A stretch of 64,000 bases of DNA. It comes from Candidatus Omnitrophota bacterium. GTDB taxonomy: Bacteria > Omnitrophota > Gorgyraeia > 1-14-0-20-64-10. The DNA lies in contig JAMWCF010000002.1 in NCBI GenBank assembly GCA_023818695.1, positions 64,066 to 128,065 on the forward strand. The letters are read 5' to 3'. The notes beneath the pieces are model-generated. The model was not told the DNA's origin, did no database searches, and saw only the letters and a list, made by a program, of their open reading frames with translations. Below are positions 1-10,367 of this stretch, piece by piece. Within the stretch, counting starts at the first letter, position 1. Each line of letters opens with the position of its first letter. A program made the position numbers and the translations under genes.

Positions 1-5
1 CGAAG

Positions 6-3000
6 GTGATCGGCCGCCTCCTCGGTTTCCCGGACCTGGCAGACCCGCAGGCCGTCTCCACCGAGGCGGAAGTGACCCATCTGGGGGCTTTGTCGGTTTC
101 CGGTTTCGATGAGAGTTTGACCGGTCCGGCCGGTCCGGAGATCTGGGGGCAGATGATCCCGGGCGAGGCCAGAGGCCAGTTGAGTCGGAAAGCTGGCCTG
201 GCTCCCTGGGTTTTCCTCTATTCTCCGGAGACGATCTTCACATTGATGGGGCGTTTGGCCGAGGGACTTCCGGAGGACCAGAAGGACCGGTATGACGATC
301 TCCCACGCCGACTCCTGGAAAGCGGGCTGGCCTTGAGCCAATGGATGCTGGATCAGGAGCAGGCCAAAGGAGCGCAGGGGAACACCGCTGTGATGGGCCG
401 ATTCTGGCGCTACGTCGAGGGATATGAGGCGCTGCTGAACTCCGGCGCCTGGGAAGGTCCCTGGGCGCAGATGGAGAACGGGATGCGCCGCCCGGCCCAT
501 TGGCGCCAGGTCGGCGAATTCTGGGAAAGCCAGCACCTGCCCCTTTCGGCCATAGAAGAGATTCACCGGAAGGTTCATCCGGTACAGGGAGCGCCTTATC
601 GCCAGGTGACGGTCGATCAGTTGATGAGGATTCCCGGCGGCATCGACCGTCCGGCATGGGATCAGTGGAGCGACTTTTATCCGTCTGCTTCCGATTTTGA
701 AATTCCGGCCTTTCCTCCTTTGGACAAAATGGAGGTGGCTCCGGCTGATCTCGCCCCCTGGCGGATCATCGGCCAGGACGAGAGGTATTACTACACCCAG
801 GAAGGGGGGCGCATCGACAGGGAGATCGACCTGGAGGATATCCATCCCTCCGCCTTCATCGGTCCCGGTACGGTTCTGGTAGGGAAGAAGACCGTCGTTG
901 CGGAGGGGGCGCGGCTGGTGAGGGTCATCGCCAAGGATTCGATGATCTTGACGAACACCCGCCTGCAGTTTGTCAAGATGAGCCATGCCATCATCAGCCA
1001 GGATGTCCGGCTGACCTTCGCCAAGCTCACCGGATCCCAGAGGTCTCCGGTTTCGATCGGCCCGGGGACGACCGGCTCCTTCATCGGGATCGCAGAGTCC
1101 CGGATCGACGCCAACAACACCCTTCACCCGTTTGCGCTGATCATCTCCTCCAGCACGGCTCCGGGCAACATCATCGGCGGCTGGCTCATCCAGAGCGTGA
1201 CACAACCGGGCTACATGAACATGCACCTCTCCACCGCCGCGATGGGGCTTAGCCAGAACCCGGTCACCTTCCGGGTCGACAAAAAGGAATACAACGTGGG
1301 AGCCGCCGCCCTGAATGTAGCGGGCGGGCTCTTCATCGGTTCTTCGCAGGGAAAGGAGGTCGAGATCAGCTCGGCCTATCCGCTTTCCAACGCGACGATC
1401 GGGGCAGGGGCCTGGATCGGCGCTTTCAGCGTGATCAAGGATGAGGTGGAACCCGGCGCTGCGCTCCTGCCGTTCACTTTCTCCGCCTATTCCAATGCCG
1501 CCGGCCATCCCTCTTACGGACAACCGGGCCGGCACAACGACAGGATCGGCGGTTCCCTGGATCTGCCGGGGATCTTCATGCGGAATTTCATTTACCGGAC
1601 CAAGAAGGGGATCTGGGACAGCATGCGGGCCCAGGGATGGTCCGATGAAGATATCCGCAAACACCCCCGCTTGAGCCATTCCGACTACATGGTGGAGGCG
1701 CTGATCGTTGAAACCCTGCGGGAGATTTTTGGCTGGCTGGAATATGCGGATCCCATCGCCCACCGGCATCTGGAGCCGCCGGTTCAGCAGCTTCTGATCG
1801 AAGTCGGCCTGGACCTGGAGCAGATTCAGCAGGCGGATCAGGCTTCTTTGGGGCCCCGGACCCATTTGGTGAGACAGCGGATCCAGGCCCTCATCGCCGA
1901 TATCGGCCAGCGGCTCGGGTCCATTCCCGGCAGCCGGCCGGAGGGGCCACAGGCCCCGGCGGGCCACACGGTTGAACAACTTTTGGACGGCATCCGCCGG
2001 TTGAGCGAGAACCTGGACGGCCGCTGGCGGATGCGGGACCAGACCTTCACTGAAGTCCGATGGGAATACGTCGGTTTCGATTCCCATGGGGTCGCCCGCA
2101 ACACCTGGGTGCCTGTTTCCCTCCATCCCGCGGCGGCAACGCCGTCCGCCGGCCTGGAAGAGGGGACCTTGACCCTGGAGCAGTGGCAGGGAATCCTCAA
2201 GAACCCGATCCCCTCCGGTTTCTGGGGGGTCCTGCGCAAGCGGTACGGCAGCGACAAAGAGATCTTGAACGACCGGCTCAACGCCTACCGGGGGTTGGTC
2301 AAGGGAGCGCTGGCGAACGGATTCGATCCTAAGACAAGGGTGGTGGTCACCGTCGCTGCCCCCGGTCGGGACCGGGTTTTTATGGGGCACACCGACTTCC
2401 CGGGATTGGGCGGCCCCACCATCGACGCCGGGACTCGGGAGGAGATCCTGGCCGTCTTGCAGAAAACCGACGACCGCACCGTTTACTTCAGCAACGCCGA
2501 TTCGAAATTCCAGCCGGTCTCCTTTGTTTTGACAGGCCCGGATCCGGTTCATCAGGAGATGCTGATGGAGCACCATACAGAGGCGGCGGCGAAGGCCTAT
2601 CAGATGTCGGCCATTCAGGAGGTCGCCCATAACCTGAAACATCTTATGGAAACGGGCGGTTGGCCGGATTGGTCGGTGGATAAATGGGACAGCTATCTGC
2701 GAGGAGCGCTGGCCTTCCTCATGGGGGATTTTCCGGGTGTCGAGGCCAAGCTAACAGGCCCCGGTTTCAGGTTCCACGCCGCCAGCGCTGGAAAACTGGC
2801 CCTCTCGGCCGGCATGGGATCCAGCTCCTCCTCCGCGTTGAATCTTGCTCTGGTGAAAGGGCTCAACCGCCTTTTTGACCTTGGGCTCACCGATGAACAG
2901 CTGGGCCGGATCGACTTCAGCGAACAGCTTCTGGGCAAGAAGAAAGGGGCCGGCGACTCGATGGCGATTGTTTACGCCAGGAAAGATAAAGTGGTTGTCA

Positions 3001-6000
3001 CCGGTTCCTACCCGGAACGTTTGATTCAGATGGTCGATTTTCCGGCTGGCCTGGCGGTTCTGATGGCGCAGAGTCCGATTCCCCGGCTGACCACATCGGA
3101 AGGGGAGGCATGGCTGAAGAAGCAGTATCCGGACGCGAAAGTCGCCGATGTCCAGACCTGGGCCCGTGAGACGCTGTACCGGTACAGCGGCCGGGCATAC
3201 GAGTTGGCGGTCGCCCTCCTGCTGGAGACACTGAACGAACCTCATCTGTATGCCGGACAGATTACCGGGAAAGAGGCCACGGCCATCAAAAAAGCGCTGC
3301 TGCACGGCAACAAGGAGGGGCTTTTGCGGGAACTGAACGCCGGTGGCGCGATCGAACAGTACCTGCCGGAACTGGCTGGTTGGGAGAACAGGCACAAGCG
3401 GTACAACCTGATTTACCGTCTCCTGCGTCTTTTGCCGGAGACCGCCTCTCACGGCCAGGGGATCTCTTTCGGTCTGCGCAAGTCGACCCTGTACGGATTG
3501 GCTGAAGTGGAAAGAGGAGTGGTTTATGTCCGGGAGCTTGAAGCCGCGGTGGCGGCCGAGAGGCGGAAAGATTTTGCGGCCGCCAAGCAGCATATTCGTC
3601 GGGTGCTGGAACTTGTCAGGCGGGCCCATGACGGGGACCGGGCCGCGGAAGATTACCGGCAGGACAAGCTGGAGCTGCCTGCCGGCCATCCAAAGAGTCA
3701 AGGCGTTGTGTTTCCGGAGACCGGATGGGCCGGCAGTCCCGGCAACGACGTTTCCAATGCGGCCATCGATGCCTGGATCGCCAAACAGGCTGAACTGGCC
3801 GATCTGCCCGGCGGGTTTGAGCGGTCGATCCCGGATTTCGATGAGATCGCGGACCAGGCCGAGCAGCTGTTTAAAGGGAAGGTGGCCGTGAGGGTGGCGG
3901 CCGCCGGTTTGGGCGGTTCCATGGCCCTGCACATCGACGCCACGGATGGGCCGGAGATCGTGGAGCAGGTGAACGCTTGGTTGACCGGTTTAGGATGGAA
4001 GGTTCGCCGGGTTGAGCCCAGCGCGTCAGTGGAGATCATCGCGCCGCCTGTGCAGGCCGGCAAGGAGGAGGGGATGATCCTTCAGACGCTTTTTGACCAG
4101 ATGCCGGCGGCGGCCGCCGACCAGGCGGTTGCTGATTGGCTGGATTCCGTCCGGCGCGCTTCCCAGCCGGGATTGGCGGCCCCTGCAGTCTCGACAGCCC
4201 GGTATATTTTCGGCCAGTACGAGCAGACCTCCTCCTTGAATTACCGGCAGAAGGAAGAACTGTGGAATGAAGCGGCTCAAAGGATCGGGGACCATCTAGA
4301 AAATCCTTTCGAAACCGCCTGGGCGCTGGAGGTTTTCGGGCATCTGGACGGAATGATCACCACGCCCCCCGCGAAGGATCCGCTCCGGAAAATCCTGACC
4401 ACGCTCGGCTGGATGGCAGGGCAACCGTCCGCCGGTCTGGAAGAGATTCCGCCGGCAGCCAATCCGCTCTCTCCCTCTTACGCTCCCTGGCAGTACGAAG
4501 CGGCCAGCCCGACCGGTTACTCCTCCAAGCCGGTGGCGGTCATCGGCAACCCCGGCCTGGCATCCGAGCTGCGGCACCTCGGTTACCGGGTCGTGGAAAC
4601 CGAAATGGCTGAAGCGGCCACTCTGCCTCTGGAAATCACCGACGTCGGGCAGGCGGTGGTGGCGCTGCAAAAAGCCGGCGTTGAGCTGTCGCCGGTCTTT
4701 GACATCCGAAATTTCAATCCGAAAGATATCGCGGAGGCGGTGAAAGCCGGCAAGCAGGTCCGGATACGGACCCAGCGCAACCGGGTCGGGGAAAATCTCT
4801 GGGCCAAGCAGGCGAACCGGCCGGAGCTCCAGGCCCTTTACAGACTGGTCTACGACATCGCCGACGGGGCGGAGACCCTTTCTTCAGCCGAGATCAGTCG
4901 GGTTATTGAAGGGCTCAACCATCCGAACCAGGCGGTGGCGGCGGCGGCGCGGGATGTGGTGGTGCATACGCGGCTCTATCACCTGACGGAAACGCTCAAG
5001 AAATTGGTGAAGGCCTACCAGGAGCAGGAGGGTTCCGCCTTAGGTCCTTACGCCGCCCATTACATGAGGGATGCCTTGACCACCCGGATCGACCCGGTTG
5101 GCCGCAATGAATGGGGTTCTCCGGAGACGCCGGTTTTCGCAGGGCCGATGACGGCCGATCGAAGGGCAACCCTCCAGAAACAGCTGGTTACCTTTGTGAC
5201 CCCCGGGAACAAACTGGCGATGCTCACCGGCTCCGGGCAGAGGATGGGGGCCACCATCGGGGAAGTGGAGGCGGGGCTGACGCTGACCGACAAGGGAGGT
5301 CCGACCGGTTTCCTGTCGGACCAGATTCTGGTGGATCCCGGTTCCCAGCCGCATGACGTGGTGAATGTCCTCTTCGCGCTGGTGGCGAAGCTTTTCGTCG
5401 AGAACATGCCGAAATGGCGTGAGGATCCGGAATTGGGCGGTAAGCCCGGCGACATGCCGGCGCAGTGGGGGATCGGCCTGGGGATGGATCCCCGGCGCTC
5501 CGGGGCGGCCATCTTCCAGGTGGCGGCCCGGATTTTCCGGAAGAAAGGGGTAAACGTGGTTTTCACCGGGATCAACTCCGCGCCGGAAGCAGCGGCCCGG
5601 GCCCTTCTTTCCGATTCCACGGAGAACGTCCTCGGCTTCTTCGAGATCACCCCGAGCCACATTCCGGAGGGCAACCAGGGGACGAAACTGATGCTCTGGC
5701 TCGGCCAGATTCTGCCCTGGGCGAAGGCGGAGGAGTTCAACGAGCAGATCCGGGCGGCGGCGGCCGACCCGAAGCAGGTGAACGAAGTTATCGATATGCT
5801 GATGGACCCGGCGATGAACGCCGAAGTTGAGAAGCTCATTGAAGGCCTTGAGCAGGGCTACCAGGGATCGCGTCAGAGATACCACCGGTACCTGAAGCAG
5901 CTCTTTACAGGGAATTTCCAAGAAGGGTTCGGCGCTGATCAGTCCCTTGAGCACAGCTGGCAGCAGCTCAAGGCGGATCTTGCCCGCACAGGGGTTGTGC

Positions 6001-9000
6001 CGGTCATTGATATCAATGGCGGGGCGCGGGCTCCGGACCAGCCGCTGTTCAGGGAACTGACCCCCGGCTTCATTGTGGTCGGCGAGCGGTCGGCCGATTT
6101 CGCCCATTCGCTGCCACCTGGTGAGGTCTCCTCCCGTCTTCTGCAGGAGTTTGCCAAGAAGATGACGCCGGCGTTTGAAGCAGCCGGTCTGACCCCGATC
6201 TTCGTTGGGCCGGACCCGGACGGCGACAGGAAATCGATTATCCTGCGGAATCCCAATACCGGTGCGTTTGAATACTTGGATCCGCAGGCCGGCTACATGC
6301 TGGACGTCCTCTACCATGTGATCTCCGCGCAGGAGGTCGGCATCCCCGGCATCGGCGTGGTGGGCAACGGTCCGACGACGGTCGTCGCCGAGGCGCTGGC
6401 GTCCCGGCTCGGCTACGAGTTCCGGACCGCTGAAACAGGCGAGGCCAACGTCGTCAAGGCGATCAACAACCTGATCGTGGAGCTGGAGGGGATCCATGGC
6501 CGGGGCCGGACGGCGGTCATGGGAGGGGAAGGTTCCGCTGCCGCAACGATCCTGGGGAAGGTCCAGGTGCGGGACATGGCGCAGGCCTTCGGTTCCGCCT
6601 TCGGCTTTATCCGGAATCCCGAGCGAGTCAAGCTGCTGATCGATAAATTGATCGACGACCCACAGGAAAAACAGGCGCTTCGGAAGCAGGTGGACCAGGA
6701 CTGGTACAGGCCGGAGCAGATCCAGTTCCTTCTTTGGCGGATCGTCAACGAGATCCTTCCGCCGATGCTCAACAGCGACCCCGCTTACAAGACCGAGGTC
6801 CACCTGGGGGTGGGGCTGGGAGCCGGCAGCAAGCAGAAGTTCTACAAGGACACCGCGGACAAACTGCTCTCACCCGGGTCCGAGTGGGTGCGACGCATCC
6901 AGATGGAGACGGCGGCCCGGATCTCGGCCGTCACCGGAGAGGTCGTCTCTGCGGACCAGATCACCGTCTCCGAACCGATCAACAACATCGAGGCGTACCA
7001 GGTTTTCGGCGCCGGAAACAGGATGGTCCCCGACGGCAGCGGCCGGATCATCCATGACGGCGGATACGAGATCCATGTCTCCTACACCCCGTCGGCGGAT
7101 GCGAAGTTCGGCGTGCCCGGCCGGCCTTACTACCTGTACAAATTGTGGCTCCGCGGCTCCAAGACCGAGGTTGGCGTTACCCGCCGGCTCTTTCTGGGGA
7201 CGGCGGAGTTCCTCCCAAGGGAGAAGGCCAGGGAGTTCCTTCAGGGCCTGCTTGACGGCATCTATCCGATCTGGCTGACCTTCATGAACGCTCTGGAGGC
7301 GGAGGAGCTTCGCGGTCATGTGGATGGGGTTTTCCCGGTCGATGAGCTTCGTGCGGCGTTCCACGCAGAGATTGAGCGGGGTGATCTGGATGGTTCAGAG
7401 ATCGCCATCCGGCGCGCGGTGCTGACCCGTCTGGAGTCGGGCGCCGACGCCCTGCTGGACGGGACGCCGGCGGTCCGGGCCGTCAACATCGGCACGTTTG
7501 CCACACCCGGGAAACCGGACTATAACCCGGTGGACACCCGCAACCTCCGGTGGCAGGACAAGCGCGTGGAAGGGGCCATGGAGGCGCTGAACAGGTTTGT
7601 TTCCTTCGCCCGGCCAGTGGTGGATGAGCTTCGCGACATCGCGCAGGAGGTTCAGCAGAAAAGCCGTGTCATGGCGACTCAAGCCAAGCGGATCAATGAG
7701 CTGATTCATCAGTTGCAGGGATGGTTGGCGGATCAGGCCGAAGCGCCGCTGGCGGCTGGTTCCTCCCCCGAGGAGGTCAATTTCGTGCTGGCGCAGAGGC
7801 TGGTTTTCCAGTCGTTGGTATGGAAGGTGGATCATCTTCTGCAGGGGGTTGATTTCTCCGATGGGCAGCGGGTCCGGCGGAAAGCCGATGTGAACCTCTT
7901 CGCGCGGAGAGTCGATTGGTTGTTCAAGGTATTCGGGGATCTTGAGGCGCTGGCCGGGCGAGGTACGGCCCAACAGCATCCGGACACCGGCGTTGCCCAT
8001 GCCAACCTGGTGGCGGCGAAGATCATCCTTTCCAGAGAGCTGGAGATCCTCCAGGAGGCGGCATCGGCCGGGTTGGAAGGGGACTGGGTTCAGGCCGTTT
8101 TGCAGTATGTGACCGAGTACGAGACTTTCGCGGCGGCTCGCCTGGAGAGACTGCGCGACGCCAAACTGCCGTTGGCCCTTGGTTCCATCCGGGCCCTCTT
8201 AGCCGGCGCGAACCCGAACCCGGTCGCCATCCGGGCCGAACTGGAGCGGATCCAGAACCGGATTGATTCGTCGACCGTCCTCGATCCTTTTTCCTCTGTT
8301 TCCTTGAATCAGATCCTCTTGAATGCGCTGGGCGCGATCCCGACCGCTTCCGCCGGCTTGGAGGAGCTCACGCGAGGCACCATCAGCGAGATTGCCCAAT
8401 GGCTGCCTGCCCAACAGGCCGACTTCCAGGCCAGGGGGATCGGCTATATTCAGCTTGTTTACCCCCAGGGTTCGCCGATTTACAACAGAGGATTCTCTCT
8501 CGCCAGCCGCACCTTGCAGGAAGCCGCGGATGAGATTCTCAACAGCGCCGGGACTATCGTGGCACGTTTAGGTTTGCTGGGCATGCAATTCAAGGCGGTT
8601 GTTGATCAGCAGACGCTGATCATCCAGCCCGCTTCCGCCGGCCTGGAGGAAACGCCGGTCAACGTCGGGCTGTCGATCGGCGGGACCAAGATCGCCGCCG
8701 GCGTTCTCTCCCCGCAGGGTCTTATCGGCAATCCGGACGACCAGCCGGCGCCGGTCACATGGGCCAATCTGAAAGCGGTTTATCCCCAGATCAAGAACGC
8801 CAGGGGACGCGGGCTGCAGGCGATGGTGGATCAGGTGCAGGGAGCTTTGCAGAAATACGGCATTGCCCCGGAGCGTTTGGCGGAGGTGGCCGTCTCCTGG
8901 GCCGGGGACGGGGAGTATGAGCAGGGCCGTGTCCGAAACACCAAGCTGATTGGTTTCCGGGACAAGCGGTATGTGAACCTGAAGAAGTTGCTGGAAGCGG

Positions 9001-10235
9001 AACTGCAGAAAGTTTTCGGCAGGCCCATCCCGGTCAAGATCATGCATGATGGGGCCGCGGGAGCCGTGGGCACTTTCCAGCATCCCCAAGGAGCACTGCA
9101 CGGGCTGCAGCACGGGGTCGGCATCACGCTGGGCACTGGTTTTTCCGTAGGGGTCGTCCAGGATGGCAAACCGGTTTACTCCATTCCCGGGCGCATTCCA
9201 ATCTTTTTGGGGGAGATGGGTTGGCATACCGTTCAGAAATTGGACGGGACTTACCTCTATAAAGGTTCCGAAGTAACGCTTGACAACCGCCTGCCGGCCC
9301 CTTTGCCCGATGAGATTCGGGTGGAGCAGCGGTTGGGCGGCCCCTGGATAGCGGCCCGGTATGTGCGGGCGATCCGAAATGCCGGGCTTACGGATGTCGA
9401 GGTGTTCGGCCAGGAGATCCAGCTCGGGCTCGATATCTACCCGGTCAACCAGCAGGAGATTGTGCCGGCTGAATCGCAGCAGAGGGTTGTTCTGCGGACC
9501 GTCACGCAGAGGGCCCTTGCCGGAGACGTCCTTTCCCGGGATTTCATCCGGCAGATCGGGACCGAGGTCGGGTCGGTCTACCGGGTTTACCGGCAGGCGT
9601 ACGCCGATTTACCGTTCATCAGCCAGGGCAAGACCGCTTTGCTGGGAGGCGTGGGGGAAAAGTTCGGTCTCGGCGTCGCCAATGAGGCGGGGGCAGACCT
9701 TTTCTTAAGCGCCATCCGTGCGGCGGCGGGGACCGACGACATCGTCCGGTCTGAATTGGGATATCAGGGGGAATTCGCTTTCGCCACGCCGAAAACCGAC
9801 TCAGCCGGGCTGGAGGGGCCGGTCGAACTGCCGGCGGGGGCGCTCACCGACAAAATCATCTTCTTGGGGCCGGAGGTCGCAGTACCGGAGCTGTTCTCGG
9901 GGTTGGCCGGACTGCGCCCCGCCCCAGGTGAACGTTTGGAGTTGGTTGTCTTCGCGCGGGATGCTTTTCAGAAGAGCCAGGTCGAGCAGGCCCTTGACTC
10001 GGCCGGTCTGGAACTGCTCGAGCCGGTCATCGACGTGGCGGCCCAGTACGACGGGGATCTCTACTCGGCCGTGGCCGACCGGCAGATGACCTACTTCTCG
10101 CGCAACGTCGATGTGCACGTCCTATTCACCTTCGCTGGCTTAAGAGAACTGGGACGCTTCCTGCAGATTCCAGATCTGTCGATCCGGACCTGGATCGAAC
10201 GGATCGAGCGGGCCGTCTACGGCATTCAGGCCTAA
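6..10235 (+). CDS. Giant multidomain protein (at least 3409 aa, probably 5'-truncated by the window edge): LbH transferase-like + galactokinase-like GHMP kinase + phosphohexomutase + ROK sugar kinase modules
   Basis: Uninterrupted 10.2-kb ORF with no in-frame stop back to nt 3. Hexapeptide-repeat stretch IGPGTVLVGKKTVVAEGARLVRV... (about nt 860-1570). Galactokinase-like AAPGRDRVFMGHTDF, GHMP motif SAGMGSSSSSALNLA and AAAGLGGSMAL (about nt 2340-3930). Phosphohexomutase motifs TPSHIPEGNQG, GPDPDGDRKS and GGEGSAA (about nt 5650-6540). ROK kinase motifs LSIGGTKIAAGV, MHDGAAGAVG and GITLGTGFSVGV (about nt 8650-9170). Confidence 0.85.
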   Translation: MIGRLLGFPDLADPQAVSTEAEVTHLGALSVSGFDESLTGPAGPEIWGQMIPGEARGQLSRKAGLAPWVFLYSPETIFTLMGRLAEGLPEDQKDRYDDLPRRLLESGLALSQWMLDQEQAKGAQGNTAVMGRFWRYVEGYEALLNSGAWEGPWAQMENGMRRPAHWRQVGEFWESQHLPLSAIEEIHRKVHPVQGAPYRQVTVDQLMRIPGGIDRPAWDQWSDFYPSASDFEIPAFPPLDKMEVAPADLAPWRIIGQDERYYYTQEGGRIDREIDLEDIHPSAFIGPGTVLVGKKTVVAEGARLVRVIAKDSMILTNTRLQFVKMSHAIISQDVRLTFAKLTGSQRSPVSIGPGTTGSFIGIAESRIDANNTLHPFALIISSSTAPGNIIGGWLIQSVTQPGYMNMHLSTAAMGLSQNPVTFRVDKKEYNVGAAALNVAGGLFIGSSQGKEVEISSAYPLSNATIGAGAWIGAFSVIKDEVEPGAALLPFTFSAYSNAAGHPSYGQPGRHNDRIGGSLDLPGIFMRNFIYRTKKGIWDSMRAQGWSDEDIRKHPRLSHSDYMVEALIVETLREIFGWLEYADPIAHRHLEPPVQQLLIEVGLDLEQIQQADQASLGPRTHLVRQRIQALIADIGQRLGSIPGSRPEGPQAPAGHTVEQLLDGIRRLSENLDGRWRMRDQTFTEVRWEYVGFDSHGVARNTWVPVSLHPAAATPSAGLEEGTLTLEQWQGILKNPIPSGFWGVLRKRYGSDKEILNDRLNAYRGLVKGALANGFDPKTRVVVTVAAPGRDRVFMGHTDFPGLGGPTIDAGTREEILAVLQKTDDRTVYFSNADSKFQPVSFVLTGPDPVHQEMLMEHHTEAAAKAYQMSAIQEVAHNLKHLMETGGWPDWSVDKWDSYLRGALAFLMGDFPGVEAKLTGPGFRFHAASAGKLALSAGMGSSSSSALNLALVKGLNRLFDLGLTDEQLGRIDFSEQLLGKKKGAGDSMAIVYARKDKVVVTGSYPERLIQMVDFPAGLAVLMAQSPIPRLTTSEGEAWLKKQYPDAKVADVQTWARETLYRYSGRAYELAVALLLETLNEPHLYAGQITGKEATAIKKALLHGNKEGLLRELNAGGAIEQYLPELAGWENRHKRYNLIYRLLRLLPETASHGQGISFGLRKSTLYGLAEVERGVVYVRELEAAVAAERRKDFAAAKQHIRRVLELVRRAHDGDRAAEDYRQDKLELPAGHPKSQGVVFPETGWAGSPGNDVSNAAIDAWIAKQAELADLPGGFERSIPDFDEIADQAEQLFKGKVAVRVAAAGLGGSMALHIDATDGPEIVEQVNAWLTGLGWKVRRVEPSASVEIIAPPVQAGKEEGMILQTLFDQMPAAAADQAVADWLDSVRRASQPGLAAPAVSTARYIFGQYEQTSSLNYRQKEELWNEAAQRIGDHLENPFETAWALEVFGHLDGMITTPPAKDPLRKILTTLGWMAGQPSAGLEEIPPAANPLSPSYAPWQYEAASPTGYSSKPVAVIGNPGLASELRHLGYRVVETEMAEAATLPLEITDVGQAVVALQKAGVELSPVFDIRNFNPKDIAEAVKAGKQVRIRTQRNRVGENLWAKQANRPELQALYRLVYDIADGAETLSSAEISRVIEGLNHPNQAVAAAARDVVVHTRLYHLTETLKKLVKAYQEQEGSALGPYAAHYMRDALTTRIDPVGRNEWGSPETPVFAGPMTADRRATLQKQLVTFVTPGNKLAMLTGSGQRMGATIGEVEAGLTLTDKGGPTGFLSDQILVDPGSQPHDVVNVLFALVAKLFVENMPKWREDPELGGKPGDMPAQWGIGLGMDPRRSGAAIFQVAARIFRKKGVNVVFTGINSAPEAAARALLSDSTENVLGFFEITPSHIPEGNQGTKLMLWLGQILPWAKAEEFNEQIRAAAADPKQVNEVIDMLMDPAMNAEVEKLIEGLEQGYQGSRQRYHRYLKQLFTGNFQEGFGADQSLEHSWQQLKADLARTGVVPVIDINGGARAPDQPLFRELTPGFIVVGERSADFAHSLPPGEVSSRLLQEFAKKMTPAFEAAGLTPIFVGPDPDGDRKSIILRNPNTGAFEYLDPQAGYMLDVLYHVISAQEVGIPGIGVVGNGPTTVVAEALASRLGYEFRTAETGEANVVKAINNLIVELEGIHGRGRTAVMGGEGSAAATILGKVQVRDMAQAFGSAFGFIRNPERVKLLIDKLIDDPQEKQALRKQVDQDWYRPEQIQFLLWRIVNEILPPMLNSDPAYKTEVHLGVGLGAGSKQKFYKDTADKLLSPGSEWVRRIQMETAARISAVTGEVVSADQITVSEPINNIEAYQVFGAGNRMVPDGSGRIIHDGGYEIHVSYTPSADAKFGVPGRPYYLYKLWLRGSKTEVGVTRRLFLGTAEFLPREKAREFLQGLLDGIYPIWLTFMNALEAEELRGHVDGVFPVDELRAAFHAEIERGDLDGSEIAIRRAVLTRLESGADALLDGTPAVRAVNIGTFATPGKPDYNPVDTRNLRWQDKRVEGAMEALNRFVSFARPVVDELRDIAQEVQQKSRVMATQAKRINELIHQLQGWLADQAEAPLAAGSSPEEVNFVLAQRLVFQSLVWKVDHLLQGVDFSDGQRVRRKADVNLFARRVDWLFKVFGDLEALAGRGTAQQHPDTGVAHANLVAAKIILSRELEILQEAASAGLEGDWVQAVLQYVTEYETFAAARLERLRDAKLPLALGSIRALLAGANPNPVAIRAELERIQNRIDSSTVLDPFSSVSLNQILLNALGAIPTASAGLEELTRGTISEIAQWLPAQQADFQARGIGYIQLVYPQGSPIYNRGFSLASRTLQEAADEILNSAGTIVARLGLLGMQFKAVVDQQTLIIQPASAGLEETPVNVGLSIGGTKIAAGVLSPQGLIGNPDDQPAPVTWANLKAVYPQIKNARGRGLQAMVDQVQGALQKYGIAPERLAEVAVSWAGDGEYEQGRVRNTKLIGFRDKRYVNLKKLLEAELQKVFGRPIPVKIMHDGAAGAVGTFQHPQGALHGLQHGVGITLGTGFSVGVVQDGKPVYSIPGRIPIFLGEMGWHTVQKLDGTYLYKGSEVTLDNRLPAPLPDEIRVEQRLGGPWIAARYVRAIRNAGLTDVEVFGQEIQLGLDIYPVNQQEIVPAESQQRVVLRTVTQRALAGDVLSRDFIRQIGTEVGSVYRVYRQAYADLPFISQGKTALLGGVGEKFGLGVANEAGADLFLSAIRAAAGTDDIVRSELGYQGEFAFATPKTDSAGLEGPVELPAGALTDKIIFLGPEVAVPELFSGLAGLRPAPGERLELVVFARDAFQKSQVEQALDSAGLELLEPVIDVAAQYDGDLYSAVADRQMTYFSRNVDVHVLFTFAGLRELGRFLQIPDLSIRTWIERIERAVYGIQA

Positions 10236-10367
10236 GCGTTCCATGTCCCCGCCTCGGGGTGTTCCGCCGCGGACCGTTGGCCTGCCCCAGGGAGGCGGGT
10301 CTCACCTCATAATGGACACTCGCTGGCATCTGTCTGCGTGGTTTGCTATACTGGTTTCACATCCGCG

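Noticed and set aside
2751-6803. Long antisense ORFs inside the giant gene (for example 2751..3932 at 393 aa and 5040..6803 at 587 aa, minus strand).
   Set aside because: These are typical shadow ORFs of GC-rich coding DNA. Their translations are Arg/Gly/Pro-rich with no motifs, while the + frame carries clear enzyme signatures.
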